Positions 23,850 to 35,594 of a stretch of DNA of 43,287 bases are shown here, in pieces. Origin of the DNA: Octopus bimaculoides (Eukaryota); contig NC_068984.1 of the NCBI RefSeq assembly GCF_001194135.2, positions 15,125,097 to 15,168,383 on the forward strand, in the 5' to 3' direction. Made by a program: the position numbers and the translations under genes. Within the stretch, counting starts at the first letter, position 1, and every line of letters begins with the position of its first letter. The notes beneath the pieces are model-generated. The model saw only the letters and a list, made by a program, of their open reading frames with translations, did no database searches and had not been told where the DNA came from.

Positions 23850-24497
23850 ATATTTGTGAGCATTAGTTTAATGTGGGTTCATCCATTTTTACATTCCGAG
23901 TTCAGATTCTAACAAGTGCAACCTTGCCTTTCATCCTTTCGGGATCGATAAAATACGTACCAGTTGAATACTGGAGTCGATGTAATCAACTTAACTCCTC
24001 ATACCAAAATTTCAGGCCTTGTGCCTGTAGCAGAAAGGGTTATTTTAACATGGGTTAGGGTGGTGGATTGGTAGAACTGTAAGAGTAGCAAGTTCACAGA
24101 AACATTAGCACGCCGAGCGAAATGCTTAACGGTATTTCATCTGTCTTTACGTTCTGAGTTCAAATTCTACCATGGTCAACTTTGACTTTCATCCTTTCAG
24201 GGTTGAAAAATTAAGTACCAGTTGCATACTGGGATCGATCTAATCGACTGCACCCCCCTCCCCAAAAATTTCAGGCCTTGTGCCTAGAGTAGATAAGAAC
24301 TGTAAGGGCATCAGAAAAATACTTTGTGGCATTTATTCCAAGCCTCTACATTCCGAGTTCAAATTCCACATTGCATTTCATCCTTCTGTAGTCAACAAAA
24401 TAAAAAATCAGTCAAGTACTGGAGTCAATAGCACCAACCAAACCCCTCCCCTTAAACTTTCTGGTTTTGTGCCCAAATCAGAAAAGCCATTATCTTA
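23850..24497 (+). mobile_element. Cluster of three family C SINEs, the middle one nested (24084-24295, 11-bp TSD)
   Basis: Three occurrences of gagttca.att...tttcatcct... and the family tail; agaactgtaag at 24073-83 and 24296-306. Confidence 0.85.
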
Positions 24498-25180
24498 ACA
24501 GGACATGAACTCATGCATTGAATAGGTTAACAACTATTATTTCTAGTAATAAAGGGGAAATCTAGTCCTATGTGATGCAGTCTTGGTTATGTTATACATG
24601 GGAAGAAAATACCTGTGTGTGCAGGAGGGGGGGGGGTATTGTCATATGTGTGCAAATAGAAGAGGAAGCAATACAAGAAAAATGCAGTGACATTTTTGGG
24701 ATGGAAACTGTTAAAACAGAGCTGAGTCATCTAGATCAGTAACAGATAAGAGAATTTCACAAAATTGGTTTAAATCGTTTTGATAAGGGACCAGAAAACT
24801 TGGTTGCAACTGGGGAGAAGAAAGTAGAAAGTGTTTGTTGGTGACACTGTGTGAAGGCTTTGAATAAGCCTAGCTTTAAAAAAAAAACGTTTTAAAAGAG
24901 GAGTGATGAAGAGTAACAATTTTTATCTTGAAATACTACAGATAAAACAATTTCAAATGTATTTATGCTTTACATGCCATTACTCTAATATGTTTAACAG
25001 CATTTATTTAGCCCTAATCAAGCAGATCAAGGATGCTCCACTCATGTAATCCCATATTCTTTCAGATACAAAGCATACAATGTGTCCTTTCTTTTTTAAA
25101 ACAGTAAGGTGTGATTACAGAGAGATTTGGCTTCTATTTCTGTCAGTTTGAAAAACAAAACAAATTCTCTCTCCATTGGT

Positions 25181-25335
25181 ATCATCATCATCATCATTTA
25201 ATGTCTATTTTCCATGGATTGGACAGTTTGACAGGAGCTGGCAAGCCAGAGGACTGCACCAAACTCCACTGTCTGTTATGGCATGGTTTCTACAGCTAGA
25301 TGCCCTTCCTAATGCCAACCACTTTACAGAGTGGA
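25181..25335 (-). mobile_element. Family B-type 3' module
   Basis: (cat)n ttaatgtctattttccatgg...tttctacagctagatgcccttcctaatgccaaccactttacaga. Confidence 0.7.
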
Positions 25336-25554
25336 CTGTATTGGATTATCATTAGATAATCCAATAAAGACCTGGAGGAGAAATAAAAAGATGTTATAAA
25401 CACAAATGTTAAGGAAACATAATAATCCAAAGATCTATATTTTTTTATGAAACAATAATAATATGATTATCTGAAGCTTTAGATATGAACCCACCTGACA
25501 TGGTCAAAGGCTCATTATTGTCAACCCTTGGACTTTATTGGCTCAAGTCCTAGG

Positions 25555-25790
25555 AATCATAGGGCTAATTACTTGGTTTCCATGGCATGTAAATGACTGA
25601 AATCACAACCCCGCCCCTCCCCCCAAACAGGAAACCAGTCCATCATAGGGTTACTCATTCTCACGAGCTGAGTGAACTGAAACAACATGAAATGAAGAGT
25701 CTTGCTCAAGAACACAATGCACCACCCAGTCCAGGAATTGAAACTATAACCTTGCAATTGTTGAGTTCAGTACTCTAACTACAAGGTTGT
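25555..25790 (-). mobile_element. SINE family D variant
   Basis: agggttactcatt...gctgagtgaactg...cttgctcaagaacacaatgcaccacccagtccaggaattgaaac; homologous to 33630-33850. Confidence 0.65.
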
Positions 25791-26165
25791 GAACCCTCAC
25801 TATTAGGTTCTGTAATACAAAACCATCCGTTTGAAAGTGCATGTTTTAAGTACCACCTGCAGAAAACCTTTTGTTACATTCCAAACCAACTTAATAATGG
25901 AGAAATTAGTTACTTTACTAAATCACTTTAAATCCCTCAGTATTTTAAAATTAAATTAAATACATGGATAGTGTATTTCATAAGAAATATGATCACAAAA
26001 GCTTAATTACATTAATTATATAGCACATTGCCACTTAACAAATATTTAATGTTGTTCAAGCTCTAATGAAGTCTGCATTGATGATTTTATTATTATGGGC
26101 AAATATTATAAACATACTTTGTCTCCAACCAGTCAACCCTCCGAACCCTTAGAAAAGGAAAACAG

Positions 26166-26615
26166 TCATCATCATCATCATTATCTTCGTTTAACGTCTG
26201 TTTTCCATGCTGGCATAGGTTGGACGGTTTGACTGAGGTCTGGAGAGCCAGCAGCTGCACCAGGCTCCAATCTGATCTGGCAATGTTTCTACAGCTGGAT
26301 GCCCTTCCTAAAGCTAACCACTCTGAGAGTGTAGTGGGTGCTTTTTCCTAAAGCCAACCACTCTGAGAGTGTAGTGGGTGTAGTCGGCACAGGAGCCAGT
26401 CACGCGGGCCTGGCATTGATCACGTTCGGATAGTGCTTTTTACGTGCCACCAGCACAGGAGCCAGTTGGGCACCAGAACATGCCACCAGAACAGGAGCTA
26501 GTTAAGGAGCACTGGCCACAGCTATGATTTTGGTTTTACTTGACTCAACAGGTCTTCTCAAGCATATCATATCACCTGACACATCAGGGGTACTCTTAAA
26601 TGGGCTGGATATGCA
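26166..26615 (-). mobile_element. Family B retroposon with a 40-bp tandem duplication (26305-26380)
   Basis: ttcctaaagc.aaccactctgagagtgtagtgggtg repeated at period 40; 5' region ttgactcaacaggtcttctcaagc shared with the 7930 copy. Confidence 0.8.
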
Positions 26616-26630
26616 ACAGTCATAATAATG

Positions 26631-26662
<32 letters not shown>

Positions 26663-26664
<2 letters not shown>

Positions 26665-27204
26665 GGTATGCAATAAGGAAGAAAGAGAAGTCGATAGATA
26701 TGACAGGTTAGCTTGGGAGGTTAAGCACGCCACAAAAGGTCACAGAAAACGAGAAAGCAACCATACTCTGGGATTTGCCAATACACACAGATAGAGAAAT
26801 CAAGGCCAATAGACCAGATATAGTTGTCAAAGATCATGAAGAAAAAAAATGCTTTCTAATTGATGTATCAATACCNNNNNNNNNNAGAGGTAACTTGAAT
26901 GTGGAATCTAAAAACAGAAACAATTCCTATCATAGTAGGCGCCTTAGGTATAATAAAAAATATTCAGACAAATACATAACAAAAACACCAGGACTTACAA
27001 ACATATACAACATACAGAAAATTGCACTACTGGGCACTGCACACATCCTACACAAAACACTTTCAATACAGTAACCATAAGAGCATCACAGCAAACCACA
27101 ACACATACCCAAGGCACACAGAGCTGCGCTCGGTAGTGAAGTGAAAGCACGTTATAAAAATAAAACTACTGAACAATAATAATAATAATAATAATAATAA
27201 TAAT
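26663..27204 (+). mobile_element. R4/Dong-clade non-LTR retrotransposon 3' fragment (restriction-like endonuclease), inactivated, embedded in (AAT)n
   Basis: PQKVTENEKATILWDLPIHTDREIKANRPDIVVKDHEEKKCFLIDVSI [gap] EVT*MWNLKTETIPIIVGALGII [frameshift] KYSDKYITKTPG...IQKIALLGTAHILHKTLSIQ*. The RPD..D endonuclease motif and IPIIVGALG are typical of R4/Dong. (AAT)n at 26622-26664 and 27175-27204. Confidence 0.85.
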
Positions 27205-27344
27205 TTTTTTTATTGGCCACAGGGGCTTACATAAAATTACATGAGGAGACAAAGACAGGACAATACAAATGAATAATAATAATAATAGTTTATAACACCA
27301 GTATAAGATGATAAATTTTGTGGAGTGGGTACAGGGATCAATTA

Positions 27345-27430
27345 AATAGATCCCTGTACTTGATTGATAATATATTTTATTGACCTCAGAAGAATTGAGG
27401 GCAAAGTTGATCTTGACAGAATTTGAACTG
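27345..27430 (-). mobile_element. Family C fragment
   Basis: ttttattgacctcagaagaattgagggcaaagttgatcttgacagaatttgaactg. Confidence 0.55.
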
Positions 27431-28664
27431 AAAACTTACAATCCAGAATTACTTCGGAAGTAATATAAGAAATGGGAATGGGATGGGAGGGGGGGAGGAA
27501 AACAAAGAGGAGTTGAAAGTAAGAACTGGTTCTGTGAGAAAATGAAAATAAACAAAGGTCATTCACCCACAAATGAACAGCTGACCAGATATTAAAAGAA
27601 TTACTTTATAAATCAAACTGAGATGTGGTGAGACATTAACCACTGACTTGTTTAAAGGAAGATGACACAAAGAGGAACAAAATTAAGAAATCAATAAAAA
27701 AATTTATATATACAAAGAAATCTTTCAGTAGCTGATAAAAAACCTGTCTAAAAAACTGAGTCAACAGGCAGTGGAAGTGTATCAGTGACCAGGTCACAGG
27801 AGTGCTACAAAACATTTTGACACTTTATAGTATACAATATTCATCATCATCATCATCATTTAAAGTCCACCTTCCATGCTAGTTAATATCTAACCAACTA
27901 ACAGCTCTTTGTGGCTTGAATCATTATCTCCAATTTTGTTCCAACTGTTTTCAAATGTGGAATATGGATTAAGTTTTGTATACTTATTATGAAAATGAAA
28001 TTCATTTTTCCTTTAAATTTATAATTAAAAAGTTATTAGCTTTTAAAATTTGCAAAGTTTGAGTATTTTAGCCAATCAGAAGTGAGTATTTTACACATCA
28101 CCATGAAGTTTTATTAGCATAGTAAGCAAGGAACTCTGTTTCCGTAGTAACCAAATATGCTGCGCATGTGCACAAGGAGTGTAACCACCACGATTTTCAT
28201 AATTGTTTGTTTTGACTCCTCCCCACCTTCTCACTACAGTGACAGATGATGGAAGAGGCAGCAAATATGCTGTTTTCTGATTGGTTGAAAATTCTGAAAA
28301 ATTATCAGATTCTGAACACCTGTAACATTTTCGCAAAATTTTTCTGGAATAAATGAATAACAAGTTTGGATTCAGTATCACAAATTACATCTATATGCTA
28401 CATTAAAAAAAAAAAACCTTTTAAAGATTTCGATATGCAGTGACTCAAACTACAAAGATCCCAACTAATTGATCATTTGTTTAATTAGTTGATTAAACAA
28501 TCAATCAGTTATTTGTTAGACAAATCTTTTCGTTGCTATTCACGACCTTCTCAATGATTTTCCCTCTGTTTTGAAGGTCTGCTCTGAATATACAATATCA
28601 TTAAGGAATAAATGGTATACAATTATTAATAATAAATAAGTGAATACTGTACACAACATTGATT

Positions 28665-28865
28665 TCAAATTATGGCACAAGACCAGAAATTTTAGGGGGT
28701 TGGGTCTAGTTGATTGCATTGACCCCCAGTGTTCCACTCATACTTATTTTATCGACCCCCAAAAAGATGAAAGGCAAAGTCAACCTCAGTGGGATTTGAA
28801 CTCAGAACATAATGCTTAGTGGCATTTTGTCCAGCATGGTAATGATTCTGCCAGCTCGCCATCTT
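28665..28865 (-). mobile_element. SINE family C
   Basis: ggcacaagaccagaaatt...atcgacccccaaaaagatgaaaggcaaagtcaacctc...tttgaactcagaac...gattctgccagctcgcc. Confidence 0.8.
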
Positions 28866-29868
28866 AATACAGTACAGGATATTATTAAGAAATGAATGAA
28901 AGTGGTAGAAAATACTATCTAAAAATATTATTTCGAAAAAACATGCAAAATCTGTAGAGGGGTGGATTGCATGATTTTAAATAGATAACGGGATTCCTTA
29001 ATGATGTTATTGCTTCAGGTTGAACAAACATTCTCAGATCAAATCATTTACCAAGCAACTCCCGAGTTTATCATCTTTATATGTAATTTGGAGGTAAAAC
29101 AAAAAAAGCAGCACAACCCTAAAATGTTAATGTAATTAAAATACAGTGAATGCTACAGTATTTCATTTCATAACAAACTGGTGTGGATGTGTGCATGCAT
29201 TTGTATGTTTATGAAACTACGACAGAGGTATTCCATGTGAATATAACAGTATTTATAGATTTCTTAATGCTTCCAGTAACAACAAGTAGGTTTCTTCATT
29301 TATGGACTCAACAACAGCATCAGTACAATCATCGAAACCATAATAACCTTCACAACTACAATCATAACGTTCACCATTTGCACTGACATCAATCTTTTCT
29401 ACCACACCCAAAGTATAAAGCACAGTATTACAAGTGATGAGTAGCAATGGAGCTGACAAGAGAATTGGAAGAAGATGTATGGATATGTTCAGCTGGGAGT
29501 GGTATAACAACCAGCAGGTGCAGAGATCATTGTAAGCAGTCTTCATTGCTGCTTCTCTCTGCTGCTTGTAAAGCACTATTCAATACCAAATTAATGATTT
29601 CTGTAGATGACTTTAATGATGAGAGTAGCATAAGTATACATCTGACTTTAAATTCCAAATGATTAACTAGGTTTATTTGGTTTAGATATTCTTTGGTATT
29701 TTGACATATTAATTGTGACAAGTAAAAGATAATTGCATAACAAAAAATGGGATCTGATTAAAGATCACTGAAGTCATTAGATATATACCATAAGTTGATT
29801 CCGTTTTAATCCTTATTATGCCAACCCACCTCTGGCCATCCCTAGTTCTATGATGCAATTTTCCTGCT

Positions 29869-30097
29869 TTAACCCTTTAGCATTTAAACTGGCCATATCT
29901 GTCCTAAAATATTCTACTTGTTTTTTGTTCCACCCAGCCAGAGTTGGCCCCTCACACCTACCCTGCAATGACATTCTGAAACTAAACTACTCCATCATAA
30001 AAATCTTGGAGCTACAAGATAATGAATGATTAATTCAAAGCAATGTCAATAGCTGAGCATTACATTTGACAGAGTAATCTGAATGCTAAAAGGTTAA
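29869..30097. mobile_element. piggyBac-like MITE2, intact
   Basis: TTAA-ccctttagcatt (29869) ... aatgctaaaagg-TTAA (30097), one mismatch between TIRs. Confidence 0.75.
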
Positions 30098-30103
30098 AGC
30101 AAT

Positions 30104-30243
30104 TTAACCCTTCCATCAAAATTCCATGTTAATTTTATGTTCCAAACATCAGAATTAACATTCACAAAGTTATTTTACTAGTTCCAAATCAACTGAAACA
30201 AATGAAGCATATTTCAGCAGAAACATCATAATGAAAGGATTAA
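30104..30243. mobile_element. Internally deleted MITE1-like element next to MITE2
   Basis: TTAAcccttcc...ttttatgttcc...aagttattttacta...atgaaaggaTTAA resembles 116-343. Confidence 0.55.
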
Positions 30244-30529
30244 ATTAATATTGTTTTAATTTTATTTAGCCTCAGGTTAACTCTGACTGAGAAAACTTGT
30301 GACCAAGAGGGAATTTGTATTATAGAACCAAGGGCAGTTTCAGGCAGGTTGGTATCAAAAGAAATAAAGATGTAACCATAATAAAACAGGCAGAGATAAC
30401 CATGTCACAGAGAAGTTATATTAAAAGACTGCCTATTACCAGCTCTAAATATGCAAGAACCTTAAGATCTTAGTGGGAAAAGAAATGAGAACCATGACAG
30501 TGTTACCTTTCCAAAAACCACAAACAATG

Positions 30530-30860
30530 TAAATGGGTTGGATGATTTGACTGAGGACTGGTGAACCGGATGGCTGCACCAGACTCCAATCTGATCTGGC
30601 AGAGTTTCTACAGCTGGATGTCCTTCCTAACGCCAACCACTCCGAGAGTGTAGTGGGTGCTTTTACGTGCCACCAGCACGAGGGCCAGTCAGGTTTTACT
30701 GGCAACAGCCACGCTCAAAATGCTAGTGGCACTAGCAACGACGTCACTCGAATGTTTTCTAACGTGCCAGTAAGGCTACGCTGGTAATGATCACGCTCAA
30801 ATGGTGCTATTTACATGCAACAGGCACAGAAGCCAGACAGCTGCTCTGGCAATGATCACT
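30530..30860 (-). mobile_element. Family B retroposon (tail missing)
   Basis: gggttggatgatttgactgaggactgg...ggatgtccttcctaacgccaaccactccgagagtgtagtgggtgcttttacgtgccacc plus modules near 30750 and 30803. Confidence 0.8.
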
Positions 30861-31396
30861 AATTTGTAAAACCAAAGTATCTGCTCGAAAATCACCACAG
30901 TTTCTTAAACTATGTGTTCGTGTTCTAAATCTTAAATTTCAAGACAACATTAGATTTAGCATTGTTGTAGTTCATGACACCATCTACACACACAGCCATA
31001 TAAGCTAGAAGTTAACCAACTTCTCAGGAATGATCAGTTAATGTTGACCCAGTTTGGCTTTGCATGAGCAAAACTGACCTCCTACACTGTTAAACACAAA
31101 CCAGATTAGTATTTAAATAACATCTATGGTGTTCTTGTTGTTGTAGTTGTTTAGCTTTAATTCAGCCCTGATTTATGAGCAAGAGATATTTCAATCATTA
31201 TCATCCCTTCTTTTGCTATACCTTAGAATACTTCCCTTTTTAAGATGGTAGTGAATGATCTGAAGGAATTTGGTTATTATCTCTTGCAGTTAGGATATAA
31301 GACTCATAAACTGTAACTGGCACAATGTTGTACCATCAGATAAGAAACTTTATTTGTCTTAGTCTCTTCTAACTAATAAATAAATAAACAAACAAA

Positions 31397-31738
31397 TAGG
31401 TGCAGGAGTGGCTGTGTGGTAAGTAGCTTGCTTACCAACCACATGTCCTAGGTTCAGTCTCACTGTGTGGTACCTTGGGCAAGTGTCTTCTACTATAGCC
31501 TCGGGCCAACCAAAGCCTTGTGAGTGGATTTGGTAGACGGAAACTGAAAGAAGCCCGTCGTATATATATATATATATATNNNNNNNNNNTGTTTGTTCCC
31601 CCAGCATCGCTTGACAACCAATAAAATAAGTACCAGGCTTACAAAGAATAAGTTCTGGGTTCGATTTGGTCAACTATAAAGCCGGTGCTCCAGCATGGCC
31701 GCAGTCAAATGACTGAAACAAGTAAAAGAGTAAAAGAG
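31397..31738 (+). mobile_element. SINE family A with 12-bp TSD and an internal deletion
   Basis: taaacaaacaaa at 31385-96 and 31739-50; lacks ~60 bp after gcttgacaacc compared with 899-1288. Confidence 0.85.
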
Positions 31739-33062
31739 TAAACAAACAAAATATTTAGAGTAGTTAGAAGGATGGCTATATTGTTCTGAAACACTATCAC
31801 AAAATCTGCTAACATAATACAAATAAAAACATTTAAAAAAGGAAAATGAAATGTAAATCAGTGAAACGTCACAGGTATCCCAAAGGCTTCTAAAGGCTTC
31901 TACACTATTAGCTATTCACCCAAAGACTAGGATTGCTTCCACTTCTCTCACAAACATTAGGAAGACAAGCGATCTAGATGCAACAAACTGCCAAGCTCAA
32001 TGTTCATATATTTGAGACGAAGCCAAGTTATTTAAGTTACAATGCCAAGATGCAGTTAATTATGAAAGACATCAGAATCAGTTGGTGCCTTCAGTTCTTG
32101 CTTCGCTCGAGGTTACATTTTATTGCCACAGAATTCCATCATTGACAGCAACAAGGTACATTAGTTTCAAAATAAAATATAAAAACAAAATAAAATATTT
32201 TTAAAAAACAGCTATACAACACAAGAGGAAAAGAGATACTGCATTCATTTTAAGGTTGAATTCTTCACATTATGAGAAGCAATGTAGTTAGAAATTCCAC
32301 ACGAATAATATATACAAAGGCACAGTTATTTAACCCATGCTAAAGCATTGGATACAAAAATGTTTAAATGTTTTTATTTTTGAAATGAATTGCATTCACC
32401 ATGTTTAACAACATGAATATTCATATGATGATATTGATAAAGTTTATCAAATGAAATTTCATTTATATATTTTGTCAAATTTCAGATAAAATAGCTTGAA
32501 CCAATTAATAGAACATTTAGGTCTCATCAGCCACCGTTACTGTCACTTCTACCACCATCCCCCCCATCATCATCATAATAATAATAATGACAACAACAAC
32601 AACAACAACAACATTGATCAAGCTAGTTTTACAGCTCATCCCTCATGGTATCTCTTTTGCTACAGATTACATCAATCATTTTTTTTTCTTTTACTTATGG
32701 AACCCTTTAATTCCAATTCAACCCCACTGGACTTCCATAGTCATTTGATGTTTCAAAAACCCCATATTTTTTAATTAATTATTATTAGGAATTGTACAAA
32801 AAATAATGTAATAATGTTATCCCCACTTAAAAGTGGACGTTGTGTTAGAACACAGGATACTGTGATAGTTACCACAAGAGAACTTCTCATATGAACTTGT
32901 GGTGCATATAGGCACTCGTGTTTATATCACTAGCAGGAGATAATCCTCTACCATCAGTGCTAGGATTATGAGATCGTGTGATTTCAGCTTTGTCAGTGGT
33001 AAATACCTGAAAGCTAGAGACAATAGTGATTTCTCCGTTAGTAATATATCAGTGCTTGATCA

Positions 33063-33208
33063 GAGAACCAAACTAGGAGAGAATTCACAAGTAATTTGAT
33101 GGGTTTCCATCACTGAGATTGAATCCTCTCACACAACAATCAATAAATTAATATGTGGCACATAGACAAGAAAATAGGTATTGCCAACTTTCATTGTGGT
33201 TATTGCCA
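33063..33208 (+). repeat. 146-bp direct repeat, copy 1 (partner 34849-34994)
   Basis: 142/146 identical by direct comparison; not similar to the SINE families seen here. Confidence 0.95.
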
Positions 33209-33629
33209 GTACATAACTGAACTAAATTGGTGTCGCAAATAGCCAGTGGGCTTATTATAAGACAATGTCTTTGTTCTAGTTCTCTGTGCTCCAAGTTCAA
33301 ATCCCAAAGAGGTCATCTTTGCTTTGTCTTTCATAAAATAAAGTAACGGTATAGAACAGTGACTGGGAAAAACTATCAGAGCATGAGATAGGAATGCCTT
33401 GCAGCAGCTGTTCTGCCGCTTTACATTCCGAGATTTGGGGCAGCAGACTTAATCTTAACATGACCGCTTGATCCCTCGGTGTCTTTAGTGAAGTTCAATC
33501 AGTCGTTAACATTCAAATCATGTCTCCAATTTGAGGATATCTTCCTCCCATCTTCTAATCAGTATCATCATCATCATTGTTATCATCATCACCATCACCA
33601 ACCTCTGGAAATTATAGTCTCAAGTCATA

Positions 33630-33850
33630 GGATTCATAGGGCCAGTTATCTGGTTTCTATGGCGTATAAGCGACCAAGATCACAACAGGATGCCAGTCTG
33701 GTGCATGGTTACTCATTTACAGCTAAGTGAACTGGAGCAATGTGTAAGGAAAGGTTTTATTCAAGAACACCCCACACTGCCAAGTCCAGGAATCGAAACC
33801 AGTATCTTGTGATTGAGGGTGTAACACTTTATCCACTATGCCACACATCT
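33630..33850 (-). mobile_element. SINE family D variant
   Basis: ggattcatagggccagtt...ggttactcatttacagctaagtgaactggagcaa...ccaggaatcgaaacc...ttatccactatgccacacatcttcac. Confidence 0.65.
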
Positions 33851-34344
33851 TCACCAAATGAGTTTTAGGGACCCTGAAAAAATTAAGGATCCTGAATGCT
33901 GGCCTTCTTTCTTTGGCTAAAAGGTAAAAAAATAAATAAATAAATATTCCAGAGTAATCATCCTTTTTCCTTGATCAGATTTGAATAACATCTGTCACTA
34001 AGGCAAATGTAATTTCAATTAACTGAAGTTGATTGTCTCAGAACCACTTTCTTGTACCTAGAGACTAGGCCCTGACACTTTGCCATCATCTTTAACTTCT
34101 TTGTATCTACTCCCATCGACTCTTATATAATGTGGAGTAGCCATGTATCTCTTCTATGAGAACTCTGTGCCTGTCCCTCTATCACACTTCAACCTCTTGA
34201 CACCAAGCAGAATAATACTTCCTTCTCTACAACAACCCTTCTCAGTCAGGGAGAAGGGGTTATTTTTTACCTTTTCTTGCAAATTACTTGAGGACCTCAC
34301 TAGTGCTACTGTTACAAAAAGCGCTCTCACTGCTCTCTTTATAG

Positions 34345-34505
34345 AGGGCTGGCATTAAGAAGGACATCAAGCTATAGAAACCATGCCAAAGCAGACATTG
34401 GAGTTCAACATAGACGCTCAACTCGTTGGATCCAGTCAAACCATCCGACCTATATTAGCATGGAAAACAGAGGCTAAATGATGATGATGATGAGGACGAT
34501 GATAA
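34345..34505 (+). mobile_element. Family B-type 3' module with (GAT)n tail
   Basis: ggctggcattaagaaggacatcaagctatagaaaccatgcc...gtcaaaccatccgacc...gcatggaaaac...(gat)n. Confidence 0.65.
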
Positions 34506-34848
34506 ATGAGCAGTTACTCAACTAGTATATGAAATATCAACCTTTTGGTTGGAGAGGGTTGAACTTGCATTTCATCACAAAATGGCCCATTCTGAGCAAG
34601 TTTCTAGTCACTCCTTTCAATCATATGTAAACAGAGTGTTCCAGAAAACAGTAACTACATGACTAGACTGTCACATTACACCACAACACTCCATATAATG
34701 AACTACTAAACGTACTAAACTAGACTGAAGCATGGCATGTGTCTATGCCATAGATTTGTTCAAACGTGACTGGCTATTCAACAAAACTCTTTTCTCAGTT
34801 ACCTGGCAACTGAACAAGTGAGAAAATAAAGAGAACAATTTGATGGTG

Positions 34849-34994
34849 GAGAACCAAACTAGGAGAGAATTCACAAGTAATTTGATGGGTTTCCATCACT
34901 GAGATTGAATCCTCTCGCACAACAATCAATAAATTAATATGTGGCACATAGACAACAAAATAGTTATTGCCAACTTTCATCGTGGTTATTGCCA
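34849..34994 (+). repeat. 146-bp direct repeat, copy 2
   Basis: See 33063-33208. Confidence 0.95.
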
Positions 34995-35594
34995 AAATAT
35001 TAAGGAAAAAGTAATGCAAAGAATACAAAATAGAAACAGATAATTACAGCTAAGTTATATAATTTGATATAAACATTAACCTTTAATTAATTGGGAAAAC
35101 TTTTCTCTGCTCTAATATCTTTTTTTTTTTAATTAGTTATTTTCTGAAAGATAATATTTCTAATGTTGATAATAGAGTTTGGAATTTTTAAGCAAACTAA
35201 AGGAGTGATTTAATTAATTATGATTGGGAAAAGAACCAAAAAGAGGATTCTGTCATGTTAGTGTTTGGAAGCAGCAGGTTGGGGAAACTGAACCAAACTC
35301 AGTCAATATGAAGAATGTAGGAAGAAAAGGATGAAACGAGTACATGTGTGAAGTAGACAGTGAGCAAGATCAGCTCCTGGTAACTCAACCGACTTAGTAC
35401 TGAGCTAGAAATACACCTGCATGTATGAAATGTATCTATCAATTCTGTAACTGTCTCATATATTTCTTACCAACATACAGATATCATGTAAACAATAGTG
35501 GTTGTATTTGGATGGAGACAGAAAGAGTACAGAGTAGAGCTAGGATGAATAAGAATAATAAAGCTAACAGAAAACAGTAATGAATACTAACAGT

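Noticed and set aside
29253-29576. ORF with EGF-like YDCSCEGYYGFDDC
   Set aside because: Cys spacing does not fit the EGF pattern, and the DNA there looks like decayed CAA/CAT/AAT trinucleotide repeat. No splice support or recognisable homology. A BLASTx hit would reopen it.
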